Below, one piece after another: positions 20,406 through 30,013 of a stretch of DNA of 64,000 nt; positions within the stretch are counted from its first letter, which is position 1, and the number at the start of each line of letters is the position of its first letter. Made by a program: the position numbers and the translations under genes. The notes beneath the pieces were generated by a model, which searched no databases, was not told the origin of the DNA, and worked only from the letters and a program-made list of their open reading frames with translations. Location of the stretch: contig OZ241869.1 in the NCBI GenBank assembly GCA_965202805.1, positions 1,888,001 through 1,952,000 of the forward strand, written 5' to 3'. This DNA is from Longimicrobiales bacterium (GTDB taxonomy: Bacteria; Gemmatimonadota; Gemmatimonadetes; Longimicrobiales; Gaopeijiaceae).

Positions 20406-21776
20406 ATGGCAGACTCGACGACGCAGGATCAGGGCATCGCGGCACGCCTCCTCAACATGGAGCGCGGCGAACTCCCGCTCGCCGTCCTCTCCGCGATCTT
20501 CTTCTTCTTCGTGCTCTGCGGGTACTTCTTCCTGCGGCCGGTGCGCGAAGCCATGGGCGTGGCCCGCGGAATGGACGAGCTGCGCTGGCTCTTCGTGGTC
20601 ACCTCGGTCATCTCGCTGGCGGCGGTGCTCGCCTTCGGCGGGGTGGTGGCGCGCATGAACCGGCGCCGCTTCATCCCCGTGGCCTTCCTCTTCGTGATCG
20701 CCTGCCTGTTCGTCTTCTCCGGGCTGATCATCCAGGACGTGAGGGCCGGCGGCGGGCTAATCGGCACCGATGCGGAGACCACCCTCGCGCGCGGCGTGGG
20801 CTACACCTTCTACGTGTGGCTGACGGTGATCAACCTCTTCACCACCAGCCTCTTCTGGGCCTTCATGGTCGACATCTTCGACGTGGACCAGGGGAAGAGG
20901 ATGTTCGCCTTCATCGGCATCGGCGGCACCCTGGGCGCGCTGGCCGGGGCCGAGGCCACGAGCATCATCAGCGGGATGACGGAGTCGTCGTACCTGCCTG
21001 CCGGGCTCATGCTGCTCGCCTGCGGCTGCTACTGCATCGCGATCGCCACGATGCTGTGGCTGGACCGGAGGGCGGTCCGCTCGCGCGCGTCGCGGCTGGA
21101 GGGGCTCACCAAGGGCGGCCGCGACGCCGCCGGGCCCGACGGCAGCAGCAGGATCGGGGGCACCTTCTGGGAGGGAGCCAGGGCGGTCGTGGCCTCCCCG
21201 TACCTGCTGGGGGTCGGGCTGTGGGTGGTGTTCATGGCCATCTCCAACACCATGATCTACTTCACCCAGGCCAACATCATCCAGCAGGCCACCGACACCT
21301 TCAGCCAGCGGGTGGGGAGCTTCGCCAACTTCGACTTCCTGGCCCAGTTCGCGACCCTCCTGACCCAGATCTTCATCACGACGCGCATCATCAAGAAGCT
21401 GGGCGTGGGCTGGACGCTGGCGATCCTGCCGCTCGTGACCGTCGCCGGGTTCGCGGTGCTGGCGGTGTGGCCGCTGTACGGGGTCATCCTGATCTTCCAG
21501 GCGGTGCACCGGGCGACCCGCTACGCCATCTCGCGGCCCTCGCGGGAAACGCTCTTCAGCGTCGTCACGCCCTCCGAGAAGTACAAGGCGAAGCCGGTGG
21601 TCGACGTGTTCCTGTACCGCGCGGGAGATGCCACGGGGGCCGGAATCGACGCCACCTTCGCCGCCCTCGGCATGACGCTGGCGCTGGTGGCCGCGTCGAC
21701 CGTGCCGCTGGCGGGCATCTGGATCGCGCTCTCGATCGGGCTGGGTCGGGCCCAGGCCAAGCGAGTCGCGGAGTAG
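20406..21776 (+). CDS. Npt/TLC (ATP:ADP antiporter-like) MFS transporter
   Basis: YFFLRPVREAMG, SLFWAFMVDIFDVDQGKRMF, RPSRETLF...EKYKAKPVVDVFLYRAGD. Confidence 0.85.
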   Translation: MADSTTQDQGIAARLLNMERGELPLAVLSAIFFFFVLCGYFFLRPVREAMGVARGMDELRWLFVVTSVISLAAVLAFGGVVARMNRRRFIPVAFLFVIACLFVFSGLIIQDVRAGGGLIGTDAETTLARGVGYTFYVWLTVINLFTTSLFWAFMVDIFDVDQGKRMFAFIGIGGTLGALAGAEATSIISGMTESSYLPAGLMLLACGCYCIAIATMLWLDRRAVRSRASRLEGLTKGGRDAAGPDGSSRIGGTFWEGARAVVASPYLLGVGLWVVFMAISNTMIYFTQANIIQQATDTFSQRVGSFANFDFLAQFATLLTQIFITTRIIKKLGVGWTLAILPLVTVAGFAVLAVWPLYGVILIFQAVHRATRYAISRPSRETLFSVVTPSEKYKAKPVVDVFLYRAGDATGAGIDATFAALGMTLALVAASTVPLAGIWIALSIGLGRAQAKRVAE

Positions 21777-21780
21777 GCGA

Positions 21781-21832
21781 CGGCCGGTCGGCGACCGAGG
21801 TGCGGGCCGGCGGCCGGTCGGCGACGAGGTGC
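21781..21832. repeat. 22/23-nt direct repeat between convergent genes
   Basis: CGGCCGGTCGGCGAC(C)GAGGTGC at 21781 and 21811. Confidence 0.6.
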
Positions 21833-21850
21833 CTGGCCGACGCCCTGCGA

Positions 21851-22909
21851 CTACCGATACAGCCCGAAGAAGACCTTCGCCGCCACCTTCCGGAACACAC
21901 TCCGGGTGAGCAGCCCGGCTTCGAGTGCCCGCGCCACCGGCAGGCGGTCGTAACCCCAGCGCGCGGCGTGCTTCCACGCCAGCTTGGGATACGCGCGCCG
22001 GACCACCGGACCGGGATGCGCGCCGCCCGCCAGGTGGTCCGCGATGGCGTCTCCGGCGATCTTCCCGAACCGCCAGGCGTGGTGGATGCCCCCGGCCGTC
22101 AGCGGTGACACCATGCCGGCGGAGTCCCCGATGAGCATCACCCGTTCCCCGTAGAAGTTGCGAAGCAGACCACCATAGGGGATCACGCCGCCCCGCTTCT
22201 CCACCACCCTGCCGCCGGACAGCCCGAAGAGGGGGTCGAGCTTCGCGACGAACCCGGGCAGGTCGGCCCGCCGGTCGCGGTGCAGCGCCAGCCCGACCTG
22301 CGTCGTCGCCACGCCCGGCACCACCCACCCGATGTAGCCGGGCGCGTACTCGGGATCGATGAAGCAGTGCAGGCAGTCGGCGACGCCGTCCAGGGGCTCG
22401 AACTCCCATTCGACCCCCTTCAGGAGGCGGCGGTTGCGATCGAGGCCGAAGCCCCCGGCCACTCCGGAGCGCGCGCCATCGGCCCCGACCAGGAAGCGAC
22501 AGGCGACGTCGGAGCCCTGAAGCCGCAGGACGGATCTCTCCGGGGCCGCGCCCCGATACCGCTCGCCGAACCGGATCTCGACGCCCGCGCGCTGCGCCTC
22601 GCGCGCCAGGTGGCGCATGAGCCGGGCGGTATCGGTCGCCATGAAGAAGTAGCCGTCCCGCTCCAGATCGATATGGTCGTGGGCGGGCGTGTAGACCCGG
22701 ACGCGGCTGATCCGGCGAACCAGCCGGGCCGGCACCCTCCACTCGGCCCACGCTTCGTGCACGAGAATCCCGGTGGTGTGGATGCGCTCGCCGGGTTCGG
22801 ACTGCCGCTCCAGAACCAGGACGGAGAGGCCCCGCCGGGCGGCCTGACGCGCGCAGGCGAGACCGGCAAAGCCGGCCCCCGCCACCACCACATCATGGTT
22901 CTCCGCCAA
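21851..22909 (-). CDS. FAD-dependent oxidoreductase (geranylgeranyl reductase-like)
   Basis: DVVVAGAGFAG, LVGADGARS, IGDSAGMVSPLTAGGI; TTG start chosen from GGAGAGG RBS. Confidence 0.85.
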   Translation of the reverse strand: MAENHDVVVAGAGFAGLACARQAARRGLSVLVLERQSEPGERIHTTGILVHEAWAEWRVPARLVRRISRVRVYTPAHDHIDLERDGYFFMATDTARLMRHLAREAQRAGVEIRFGERYRGAAPERSVLRLQGSDVACRFLVGADGARSGVAGGFGLDRNRRLLKGVEWEFEPLDGVADCLHCFIDPEYAPGYIGWVVPGVATTQVGLALHRDRRADLPGFVAKLDPLFGLSGGRVVEKRGGVIPYGGLLRNFYGERVMLIGDSAGMVSPLTAGGIHHAWRFGKIAGDAIADHLAGGAHPGPVVRRAYPKLAWKHAARWGYDRLPVARALEAGLLTRSVFRKVAAKVFFGLYR

Positions 22910-23046
22910 GCCACCTCTCCTCGTGCGTGGAACGCCGACCGAACCCCTGCGTCGAACGCTGACCGAACCCCGCATCCCGGCGCCCGGCGCGACCCCAAAC
23001 TTGCGGGGCGGTCGCGACACCGCCACACAAGATATGTCACGGATGA

Positions 23047-23180
23047 TTCGGGGTTCCTGATCGAAGAGGGTTCGGGGTTCCCGATCACGCAGGGTTCGAG
23101 GTTCCTGATCACGCAGGGTTCGGGGTTCCCGACGAGAGAAGGTTCGGGGTTGCCGATCACGCAGGGTTCGGGGTTCCTGA
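23047..23180. repeat. 24-nt tandem repeat, about 5.5 units, between divergent genes
   Basis: consensus TTCGGGGTTCCCGATCACGCAGGG at 23047, 23071, 23095, 23119, 23143, 23167. Confidence 0.9.
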
Positions 23181-23265
23181 ACGGCTTGCGGGGACCTCGC
23201 CGCGTGGGCCACCTTCACGCGCATTCGTCATCCCGCCTCCCCGGAGCTCGTCCCAGGAGCCAGCC

Positions 23266-25803
23266 ATGAACGCGCACAGCCGCTTGCGATCATCGACCTC
23301 GACACTGGTGGCCGGTCTGATTCTGACGCCCCTCTTTCTGACATCGCCGCTCATCGCCCAGGAGGCCGGCGACGGCCTCGACATCGACCGGGGATACATC
23401 CTCCCCGACCAGGTCATCCAGGACCTCTTCGCCACCGATCCGAACTACGCCACCCTGGACCACGTCAGCCCGGACGGCGACCACTTCGTGGTTCCGCTGT
23501 CGACCGAACTGTCGACGCTGGAGGAGGTGGGGGAGGAGACGCTGCGCCTGGCCATGCTCGAACTCCGGGCCGCCACCGACCGGCCCTGGCACCTCGACAT
23601 CTACGGGCTCTACGGGTTCCGCTTCTATTCGCTGAGCGAGCGGTCGTTCACGGATGTGGAGCTGCCCGACGGGATCTACGTGAGCGACCTGATGTGGTCG
23701 CCCGACGGCGCGCGGCTGGCCTTCCTGGCGCACCTGGAGGAACGGACCGAGGTCTGGATCGCATCGGCCGGGGACGGCAGCGTGACCGCGGCCGGCGACG
23801 CGCGCGTGATCGCCACCCTGGGCACTTCCTCGCGCGGTCAGGGATCGGCGCCGTCCCAAATGCTCCAGTGGACGCCCGCCGGCTCGGTCATCACCCTGGC
23901 GGAGCCGGCGGACCGCGGCGCCGAGCCTCCCGCGCCCGTCCTCCCCGCCGGGCCCACCATCCGGCACACGCGCTCGGCCGCGACGCCCACGCGCACGATG
24001 CCCTTCCTGCTCGAGGGCGAGCACGACTCGGACCTGTTCGAGTACTACACGCGCAGCCAGATCGTCGAGCTGGCGCCCGGACGGCCTCCCCGCCCCATCG
24101 GGGACGCCGGGATGTACGAATCGGTCTCGCTCAGCCCCGATGGACGCCACCTGATCGCCACCCGCATCGAGCGGCCCTTCTCGTTCATCGCCAGCTACAC
24201 CGGCTTCCCGCGCGTGACCGAGGTGCTGGACGCGGAGAGCGGCGATGTGCTGGCGACGCTCGACGAACGCGGGCTGCGGGAGGGCCGGGGCGGCGGAGGC
24301 GGCGGCGGCCCGCGCGACTGGCAGTGGCGCCCGGACGGGAGCGGCGTCGCGTATCTGCATCGCGCCGCCCCCGACGACGCGGGCGACCCGGACGCGCCCC
24401 GCCCCGACCGCATCATGCTGCTGCGCGCGCCCTTCGGCGACGGCGACGAGGTCGAGGTGGCCTCGAGCGACGATCCGATCACCGAGGTCACGTACTCGCT
24501 GGACGGGCGCCACGCCTTCGCGTCGGTGCGCCGGGACGGAGAGAACGGGCTCGCCCACTTCGCGCTGGACGATGGTGCCCAAGGCAACATCATCGTGCCC
24601 TTCCACGACCCCGCGGACGCGGTCTCCCTCCCCGGCGACCTGCTCACCGCGCGCACCGCCAACGGGCTCGACCACGCCTGGGTCTCCTCGGACGGCGAGA
24701 GCGCCTATCTGCGCGGCGCGGGACTCAAGGAGGACTTCCGCCCCCAGCCCTTCGTCGACCGGGTTTCCCTCTCCAACGGATCCACCGAGCGGCTCTTCGA
24801 GGGCTCGCGGGACAGCTTCGACCAGCCGCTGGTGCCGTTGGACCCCGACCTCGAGCGCATGATCGTGAGCCGCGAGGGCAGGAACACCTTCCCGGACAGC
24901 CATCTCTGGACCGGGGGCGGCGAGATGGAGAATCTGACCCGCAACGCGGACCCCTTCCCCCAACTCACCGCCGCGCGCCGCATCGACTTCGAGTTCACGC
25001 GCCGGGACGGGCTCGAGATCCAGGGACGGGTCTCGCTCCCCATCGACTATGTCGAGGGCACCAGGGTGCCGGCCATCTTCTGGACCTATCCACGCGAGTA
25101 CAGGAGCGAAGAGGCCTTCACCAACGCCACCATCCGCGCGCGCAATCACAATGCGTACACCGGCCTGACCTGGCTCCGCTGGTCGGACATCTGGCTCACC
25201 CAGGGATACGCGCTTGTCTATCCGGACATTCCCATCGTCGGCGAGAACTATAACGACTACTATATTTCAAATATGGTCGACGGGATGTACGCCGCGATGC
25301 GCGCGGTCGATGGCCTGGGCGTGATCGACATGGACCGGATCGGGCACGGGGGCCACAGCTACGGCGCCTTCGCGACCGCCAACTTCCTGGCCCACACCCC
25401 CTTCTTCAAGGCGGGCATCGCGGGGGACGGCGCCTACAACCGCTCGCTCACGCCCATGGGCTTCCAGGCGGAGCCGCGCGACATCTGGGCGGCGCCCCAC
25501 GTCTACATGGAGATGTCCCCCTTCTTCAAGGCGGACCAGATCAACACGCCGCTGCTCCTCTACCACGGGGCCGACGACAATAACTCGGGCACCTATCCCA
25601 TCCAGTCGAGGCGGATGATCCAGGCGCTCACCGGGCTGGGCAAGACGGCGGCGCTCTTCGAGTACCCCTTCGAGTCGCATACCCCGCGCGCGATCGAGAA
25701 CAACCTCGACATGTGGGCGCGCTGGGTGGGCTGGTTCGACACGTACGTGAAGGGCGAGGGGGCGGATGCGCGCCCGGTGTCGGATGGAGGTTCGAGGCGC
25801 TAG
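23266..25803 (+). CDS. S9 prolyl oligopeptidase-family serine peptidase, exported
   Basis: AGGAG RBS, signal peptide, propeller region, GGHSYG nucleophile, HGADDNN, FESH. Confidence 0.9.
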   Translation: MNAHSRLRSSTSTLVAGLILTPLFLTSPLIAQEAGDGLDIDRGYILPDQVIQDLFATDPNYATLDHVSPDGDHFVVPLSTELSTLEEVGEETLRLAMLELRAATDRPWHLDIYGLYGFRFYSLSERSFTDVELPDGIYVSDLMWSPDGARLAFLAHLEERTEVWIASAGDGSVTAAGDARVIATLGTSSRGQGSAPSQMLQWTPAGSVITLAEPADRGAEPPAPVLPAGPTIRHTRSAATPTRTMPFLLEGEHDSDLFEYYTRSQIVELAPGRPPRPIGDAGMYESVSLSPDGRHLIATRIERPFSFIASYTGFPRVTEVLDAESGDVLATLDERGLREGRGGGGGGGPRDWQWRPDGSGVAYLHRAAPDDAGDPDAPRPDRIMLLRAPFGDGDEVEVASSDDPITEVTYSLDGRHAFASVRRDGENGLAHFALDDGAQGNIIVPFHDPADAVSLPGDLLTARTANGLDHAWVSSDGESAYLRGAGLKEDFRPQPFVDRVSLSNGSTERLFEGSRDSFDQPLVPLDPDLERMIVSREGRNTFPDSHLWTGGGEMENLTRNADPFPQLTAARRIDFEFTRRDGLEIQGRVSLPIDYVEGTRVPAIFWTYPREYRSEEAFTNATIRARNHNAYTGLTWLRWSDIWLTQGYALVYPDIPIVGENYNDYYISNMVDGMYAAMRAVDGLGVIDMDRIGHGGHSYGAFATANFLAHTPFFKAGIAGDGAYNRSLTPMGFQAEPRDIWAAPHVYMEMSPFFKADQINTPLLLYHGADDNNSGTYPIQSRRMIQALTGLGKTAALFEYPFESHTPRAIENNLDMWARWVGWFDTYVKGEGADARPVSDGGSRR

Positions 25804-25833
25804 CAGCTGCACGCGGGGGGGAGGAGAAACGGC

Positions 25834-27588
25834 ATGGCATCGCACGACGGCAGGTCCGCATCGACCGTCCGCTACGAGCCCGACGAGCGGCCGCCGTGGC
25901 CGCTGGCGGTGGGGCTCGCGCTCCAGTACAGCATCCTGGCGCTCGGCGGCATCGTCCTGACGGTTGCGATCGTGCTTCGGAGCGCCCAGAGCGGCGAGGC
26001 CTACCTCGCCTGGGGGGCGTTCGGCGCCCTCATGGTCTGCGGGCTCGCCAGCATCGTCCAGGTAATGCGGCTGGGGCGCATGGGGTCCGGGTACGTGCTC
26101 ATCATGGGCACGTCGGGCGCCTTCATCGCGGTATCCGTGGCCGCGCTCGTGCAAGGGGGCCCCGCCCTGCTGACGACGCTGGTGATCGCGTCATCGCTCT
26201 TCCAGTTCCTGCTCGCGGGGCGCCTGTCGATTCTGCGCCGGATCATCACGCCGACGGTCGCCGGGACGGTGATCATGCTGATCGCGGTCAACGTGATGCC
26301 CTTCCTGTTCGATTTTCAGGACAACGTGCCGCCCGGCGCCTCGCCGCTCGCAGCACCCGTCACCGTGCTCGCCACGCTCATCGCGACCCTGGCCATCATG
26401 CTCAAGTTCACCGGGCCGGTGCGGCTGTGGGGACCGCTGATCGGGATCGGGGCCGGTTGTGCGGCCGCGTCGTACTTCGGTCTGATCGATACCACCACCC
26501 TGGCGCAGGCCGCCTGGGTCGGCGTGCCGGCGGCCGGCTGGCCGGGGCTGGGCCTCGACTTCAGCGCCGCCTTCTGGGCGATTCTGCCGGCCTACACCTT
26601 CGTCACCCTCGTGGGCGCGATCGAGACCGTCGGCGACGCGGTCGCCGTCCAGCGCGTCTCCTGGCGGGAACCGCGGGCCACGGACTATCGGGCGGTCCAG
26701 GGGGCGGTGGCCGCAGACGGCCTGGGCAACCTCCTCTCCGGACTCTTCGCCACGGTGCCCAACACGACCTATTCGAGCAGCGTCTCCATCGTCGAGATCA
26801 CGGGGATCGCGGCGCGCCGGGTGGGCGTGTGCATCGGGCTCATCTTCTGTGCGCTGGCCTTCCTGCCCAAGGTGACGGCGCTGCTGCTCATCATTCCGGA
26901 TCCGGTGATCGGCGCCTACGCCATGGTGATCATCGCCGTGCTCTTCGTGCTCGGCGCCAGAATCGTCGTGCAGGACGGCATGGACTACCGCAAGGCCACG
27001 ATCGTGGGCGTGTCCTTCTGGGTCGGGGCCGGGTTTCAGAGTGGAGCGATATCGACTGAAGGGCTGACGCCGTTCCTGCAACAGATGCTCAACAACGGGA
27101 TGACGTCGGGCGGGCTGACCGCGCTCGCGCTGACGGCGTTCATGGAGCTGACCGGGCCGAGGCGCGTGCGCATGGAGACCGCGCTCGAGGTCGGGTCGCT
27201 GCCGAAGATCCAGGAGTTCCTGGAGGGGTTCGCGAGCCGCAAGCGCCTCGGGGCGGAGACCGGGCTCCGGCTGGGGCACGCCGCCGAAGAGACGCTCCTG
27301 CTGCTCATCGAGGACGGCGAGGGCGAAGCGTCGGCCGGACAACGCCGGCTGCGCCTGACCGCGCGCACCGATTCGGGCGGGGTCGAGATGGAGTTCCTGG
27401 CCGCCAGCGGCGAAGGCAACATCGAGGACCGCATGGCGGTGCTCGGCGGGCACGCCGCGGAGGAGCCCGGGGAGCACGAGATCTCGCTGCGGCTCCTGCG
27501 GCACCTCGCGACATCCGTGCATCACCACAAGTACCAGGACGCCGACATCGTGACGGTGCGGGTCGAGGCGGCCACGGCGACGGGGTAG
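25834..27588 (+). CDS. NCS2 (uracil/xanthine) permease with C-terminal degenerate RsbW-like ATPase domain
   Basis: RYEPDERPP, GTSGAF, IETVGD, PNTTYSSS; soluble tail ...AAEETLL...ISLRLLRHLATSVHH. Confidence 0.85.
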   Translation: MASHDGRSASTVRYEPDERPPWPLAVGLALQYSILALGGIVLTVAIVLRSAQSGEAYLAWGAFGALMVCGLASIVQVMRLGRMGSGYVLIMGTSGAFIAVSVAALVQGGPALLTTLVIASSLFQFLLAGRLSILRRIITPTVAGTVIMLIAVNVMPFLFDFQDNVPPGASPLAAPVTVLATLIATLAIMLKFTGPVRLWGPLIGIGAGCAAASYFGLIDTTTLAQAAWVGVPAAGWPGLGLDFSAAFWAILPAYTFVTLVGAIETVGDAVAVQRVSWREPRATDYRAVQGAVAADGLGNLLSGLFATVPNTTYSSSVSIVEITGIAARRVGVCIGLIFCALAFLPKVTALLLIIPDPVIGAYAMVIIAVLFVLGARIVVQDGMDYRKATIVGVSFWVGAGFQSGAISTEGLTPFLQQMLNNGMTSGGLTALALTAFMELTGPRRVRMETALEVGSLPKIQEFLEGFASRKRLGAETGLRLGHAAEETLLLLIEDGEGEASAGQRRLRLTARTDSGGVEMEFLAASGEGNIEDRMAVLGGHAAEEPGEHEISLRLLRHLATSVHHHKYQDADIVTVRVEAATATG

Positions 27589-27678
27589 CCCTCGAGCGGT
27601 GTGCGAGCGGCGCGGGTGGAGGCGGCCTGGCCCTCGCGCGGATCGAGCGTAGCGCGAGCGGTGCGGACCCGCGCCCGC

Positions 27679-28518
27679 TCAGGGAATCCTGATGGCCGCG
27701 CCCACGCCGGCGAAGAAGTCCTCCGCGGCATCGTTCAGCCCGACGCCGACCCGGATGTCCCATTGCGCATCATCGGCCGTGAGCCAGGTCAGGCCCGCGT
27801 TGAAGTAGTGCTCCTTCGGGGCATCGGTCCCCACGGGCAGAAACGCGTACCATTCGCCGTACACGCCGCCGCGCGTTCCGAGACCGGCTCCCGCGACCGC
27901 CGACTGGGCCCATTCGGGGTAGCCGTCGCCGCCCTCCGCGACGGCCAGGTTGACCTGCGTGCTGCCCGCCAGGGAGAGGCCTCCGGGCACATCCCAGCCG
28001 TAGGCGAGGTTCACGCCCGGCAGCACGCGTCCGCCGGAGAACAGGGTGCTGCCCGTGGGCAGGGTCATCTGCGGCACGAGCGCGAGCGCCGGAATGCGAC
28101 CCGCCTGCCGGGTGAGTCGGAGCTTGGCGCCCAGGTAGAGGTCTTCGATCCCGGTCTCGCTGGCCCCGTTCGCCTCCGAATCCACGCGGGTCACCGGGGT
28201 GGCCGCGACCCGGAATTCGAGCCAGTCCGCCGCGACACCCCTGCGCAGCAGCATTTCGCCCAGCTTGTGGGTGTGGACCGAATTGCCGCCGGACCAGTCG
28301 CCGCTGAACGCGTAACCGAACTCGATCTGAAGCACGCCCCGGCCCACGGTGGAAGTCCCCTCCGTGAAATCCGGCCGTTCGGCGGCCAGGGGGCGGGACG
28401 CCGGGGAGGTGGCCGGTGCCCGGGCAGGCTCCTGCGCGGATCCGTCCGCCGGGTGCCCGAGCATCGTGCCACCGGTCAGGGCGGCGAGCAGGCACGCGAG
28501 AATCAGTCGAGTGGTCAT
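27679..28518 (-). CDS. outer membrane transporter (putative MetA-pathway/phenol-degradation beta-barrel)
   Basis: signal peptide; ERPDFTEGTSTVGRGVLQIEFG; C-terminal DFFAGVGAAIR. Confidence 0.8.
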   Translation of the reverse strand: MTTRLILACLLAALTGGTMLGHPADGSAQEPARAPATSPASRPLAAERPDFTEGTSTVGRGVLQIEFGYAFSGDWSGGNSVHTHKLGEMLLRRGVAADWLEFRVAATPVTRVDSEANGASETGIEDLYLGAKLRLTRQAGRIPALALVPQMTLPTGSTLFSGGRVLPGVNLAYGWDVPGGLSLAGSTQVNLAVAEGGDGYPEWAQSAVAGAGLGTRGGVYGEWYAFLPVGTDAPKEHYFNAGLTWLTADDAQWDIRVGVGLNDAAEDFFAGVGAAIRIP

Positions 28519-28647
28519 GGCATCATCAAGGTAATCGGTCTGCCGGTTTGGCAGGCTTCCCCGGCGAAACCCGTCCGGGCCGAGTTGCGGCGGTGGGCAG
28601 ACCACCCCGGTTTTCCCGCCCGCCGCAATTGCCGCTAGTTTCAGGGC

Positions 28648-29925
28648 ATGAACAACGTCATCCGGGCATCCGTCCAGAGCCGTGGCCTTCCGCGCATCCT
28701 GCGAGGCTCCCTCGTGGTCGCGGCCCTGGCCGCCTGCGACGACCTCGGCCCCCAACCGCCCCTGGGATCTCCCGCGCGCCGTGCCGCGGTGCTCGCCATC
28801 TCCCCCGAGTCGGCGACGCTCTCGTCGCTGGGTGAGACGACCACGTTCAGCGCCGCCCTCACCGACCAGTTCGGGGAGGCGTTCGCGGGCACCGTCGGGT
28901 GGTCGAGCAGCGACCCGGGCGTGTTCACCGTGACCCCCACCGGAGTGGTCAGCGCCGTCGCGAACGGATCGGGTACGGTGACCGCGTCGTTCGAGGCGCT
29001 GAGCGCGACCGCGCAGGTGGTGGTGGCGCAGGCCCCCGCGGCCGTCGTGGTCGTGTCGGGGGGCGGGCAGGAGGGGATGGCGGGCGGCACGCTCGCCGAG
29101 GCGGTGGTGGTGCGGGTGGACGACGGGGGCGGCTCGCCGGTCGAGGGCGCCACCGTGACCTTCTCGGCCGCCGAGGGGCACGGGTCGGCCGACCCCGCCA
29201 CCGCGGCCACCGACGCGGCCGGCCTTGCCCGCACGACCTGGACGCTCGGCAACGCGGCCGGCGCGCAGACCCTCACGGCGGCGGCGGCCGCAGGAGTGTC
29301 GACCGACATCCGCGCGGCCGCGGGCGAGCTCCCCACCCCGCCCGACTCGGCCGCCTACAGCGTCGTCTTCGACGCCACCTGGAGCGCCGCCACCCACCCG
29401 AGGGACTTCCCGCGCAGCGCCCACTTCTCCGCGCTCATCGGGGCGGTGCACAACGACGGCGTCCGCTTCTGGGCAGGCGGCGAGACGGCCAGCGCCGGGA
29501 TCGAGAGCATGGCCGAGACCGGCGGGACCAGCACGCTCAGGTCGGAGATCCGCGCCCGGATCCCCGGCAACGCCCTCTCGGTCATCAGCGGACCCGGCCT
29601 CGGCACCAGCCCGGCCCGCGCGACCCTCTCCCGGTTGGTCGTCCGGGTGGAATACCCCCTCGTCACCCTGGTCACCATGATCGCCCCGAGCCCGGACTGG
29701 TTCGTGGGCGTGTCCGGGCTTTCGCTGATGGACGAGTTCGGGCAGTGGGTGGAGGAGATCGAGTTCACCCTCTACCCGTACGACTCCGGCACCGACGACG
29801 GCACCAGCTACAACTCCGCCAACGCCGACTCCTCCCCCAGACAGCCCATCCACAGCCTCCGCGGCGAAGCCCCCTTCTCGAGCGCGCCCATCGGAACGTT
29901 CACCTTCACGCGCATCGGGAGTTAG
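28648..29925 (+). CDS. lipoprotein with two bacterial Ig-like domains and a C-terminal spondin_N domain
   Basis: LAAC lipobox; WSSSDPGVFTV (Big_2); TDAAGLARTTWTLG (Big_1); ATWSAATHP, HFSALIG, MIAPSPDWFVG, YDSGTDDG (spondin). Confidence 0.88.
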   Translation: MNNVIRASVQSRGLPRILRGSLVVAALAACDDLGPQPPLGSPARRAAVLAISPESATLSSLGETTTFSAALTDQFGEAFAGTVGWSSSDPGVFTVTPTGVVSAVANGSGTVTASFEALSATAQVVVAQAPAAVVVVSGGGQEGMAGGTLAEAVVVRVDDGGGSPVEGATVTFSAAEGHGSADPATAATDAAGLARTTWTLGNAAGAQTLTAAAAAGVSTDIRAAAGELPTPPDSAAYSVVFDATWSAATHPRDFPRSAHFSALIGAVHNDGVRFWAGGETASAGIESMAETGGTSTLRSEIRARIPGNALSVISGPGLGTSPARATLSRLVVRVEYPLVTLVTMIAPSPDWFVGVSGLSLMDEFGQWVEEIEFTLYPYDSGTDDGTSYNSANADSSPRQPIHSLRGEAPFSSAPIGTFTFTRIGS

Positions 29926-30013
29926 CGGGCTCGGGTGCAGATCGGCGCCGTAGCGCGTATTATTTCACCAGTGTGCGCGACAACGCTCCCCCAACTCCGA
30001 CCGACCCACCGGC

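Noticed and set aside
23047..23180. CRISPR array
   Set aside because: Period only 24 nt, the variable parts are near-identical to each other, and there are no cas genes
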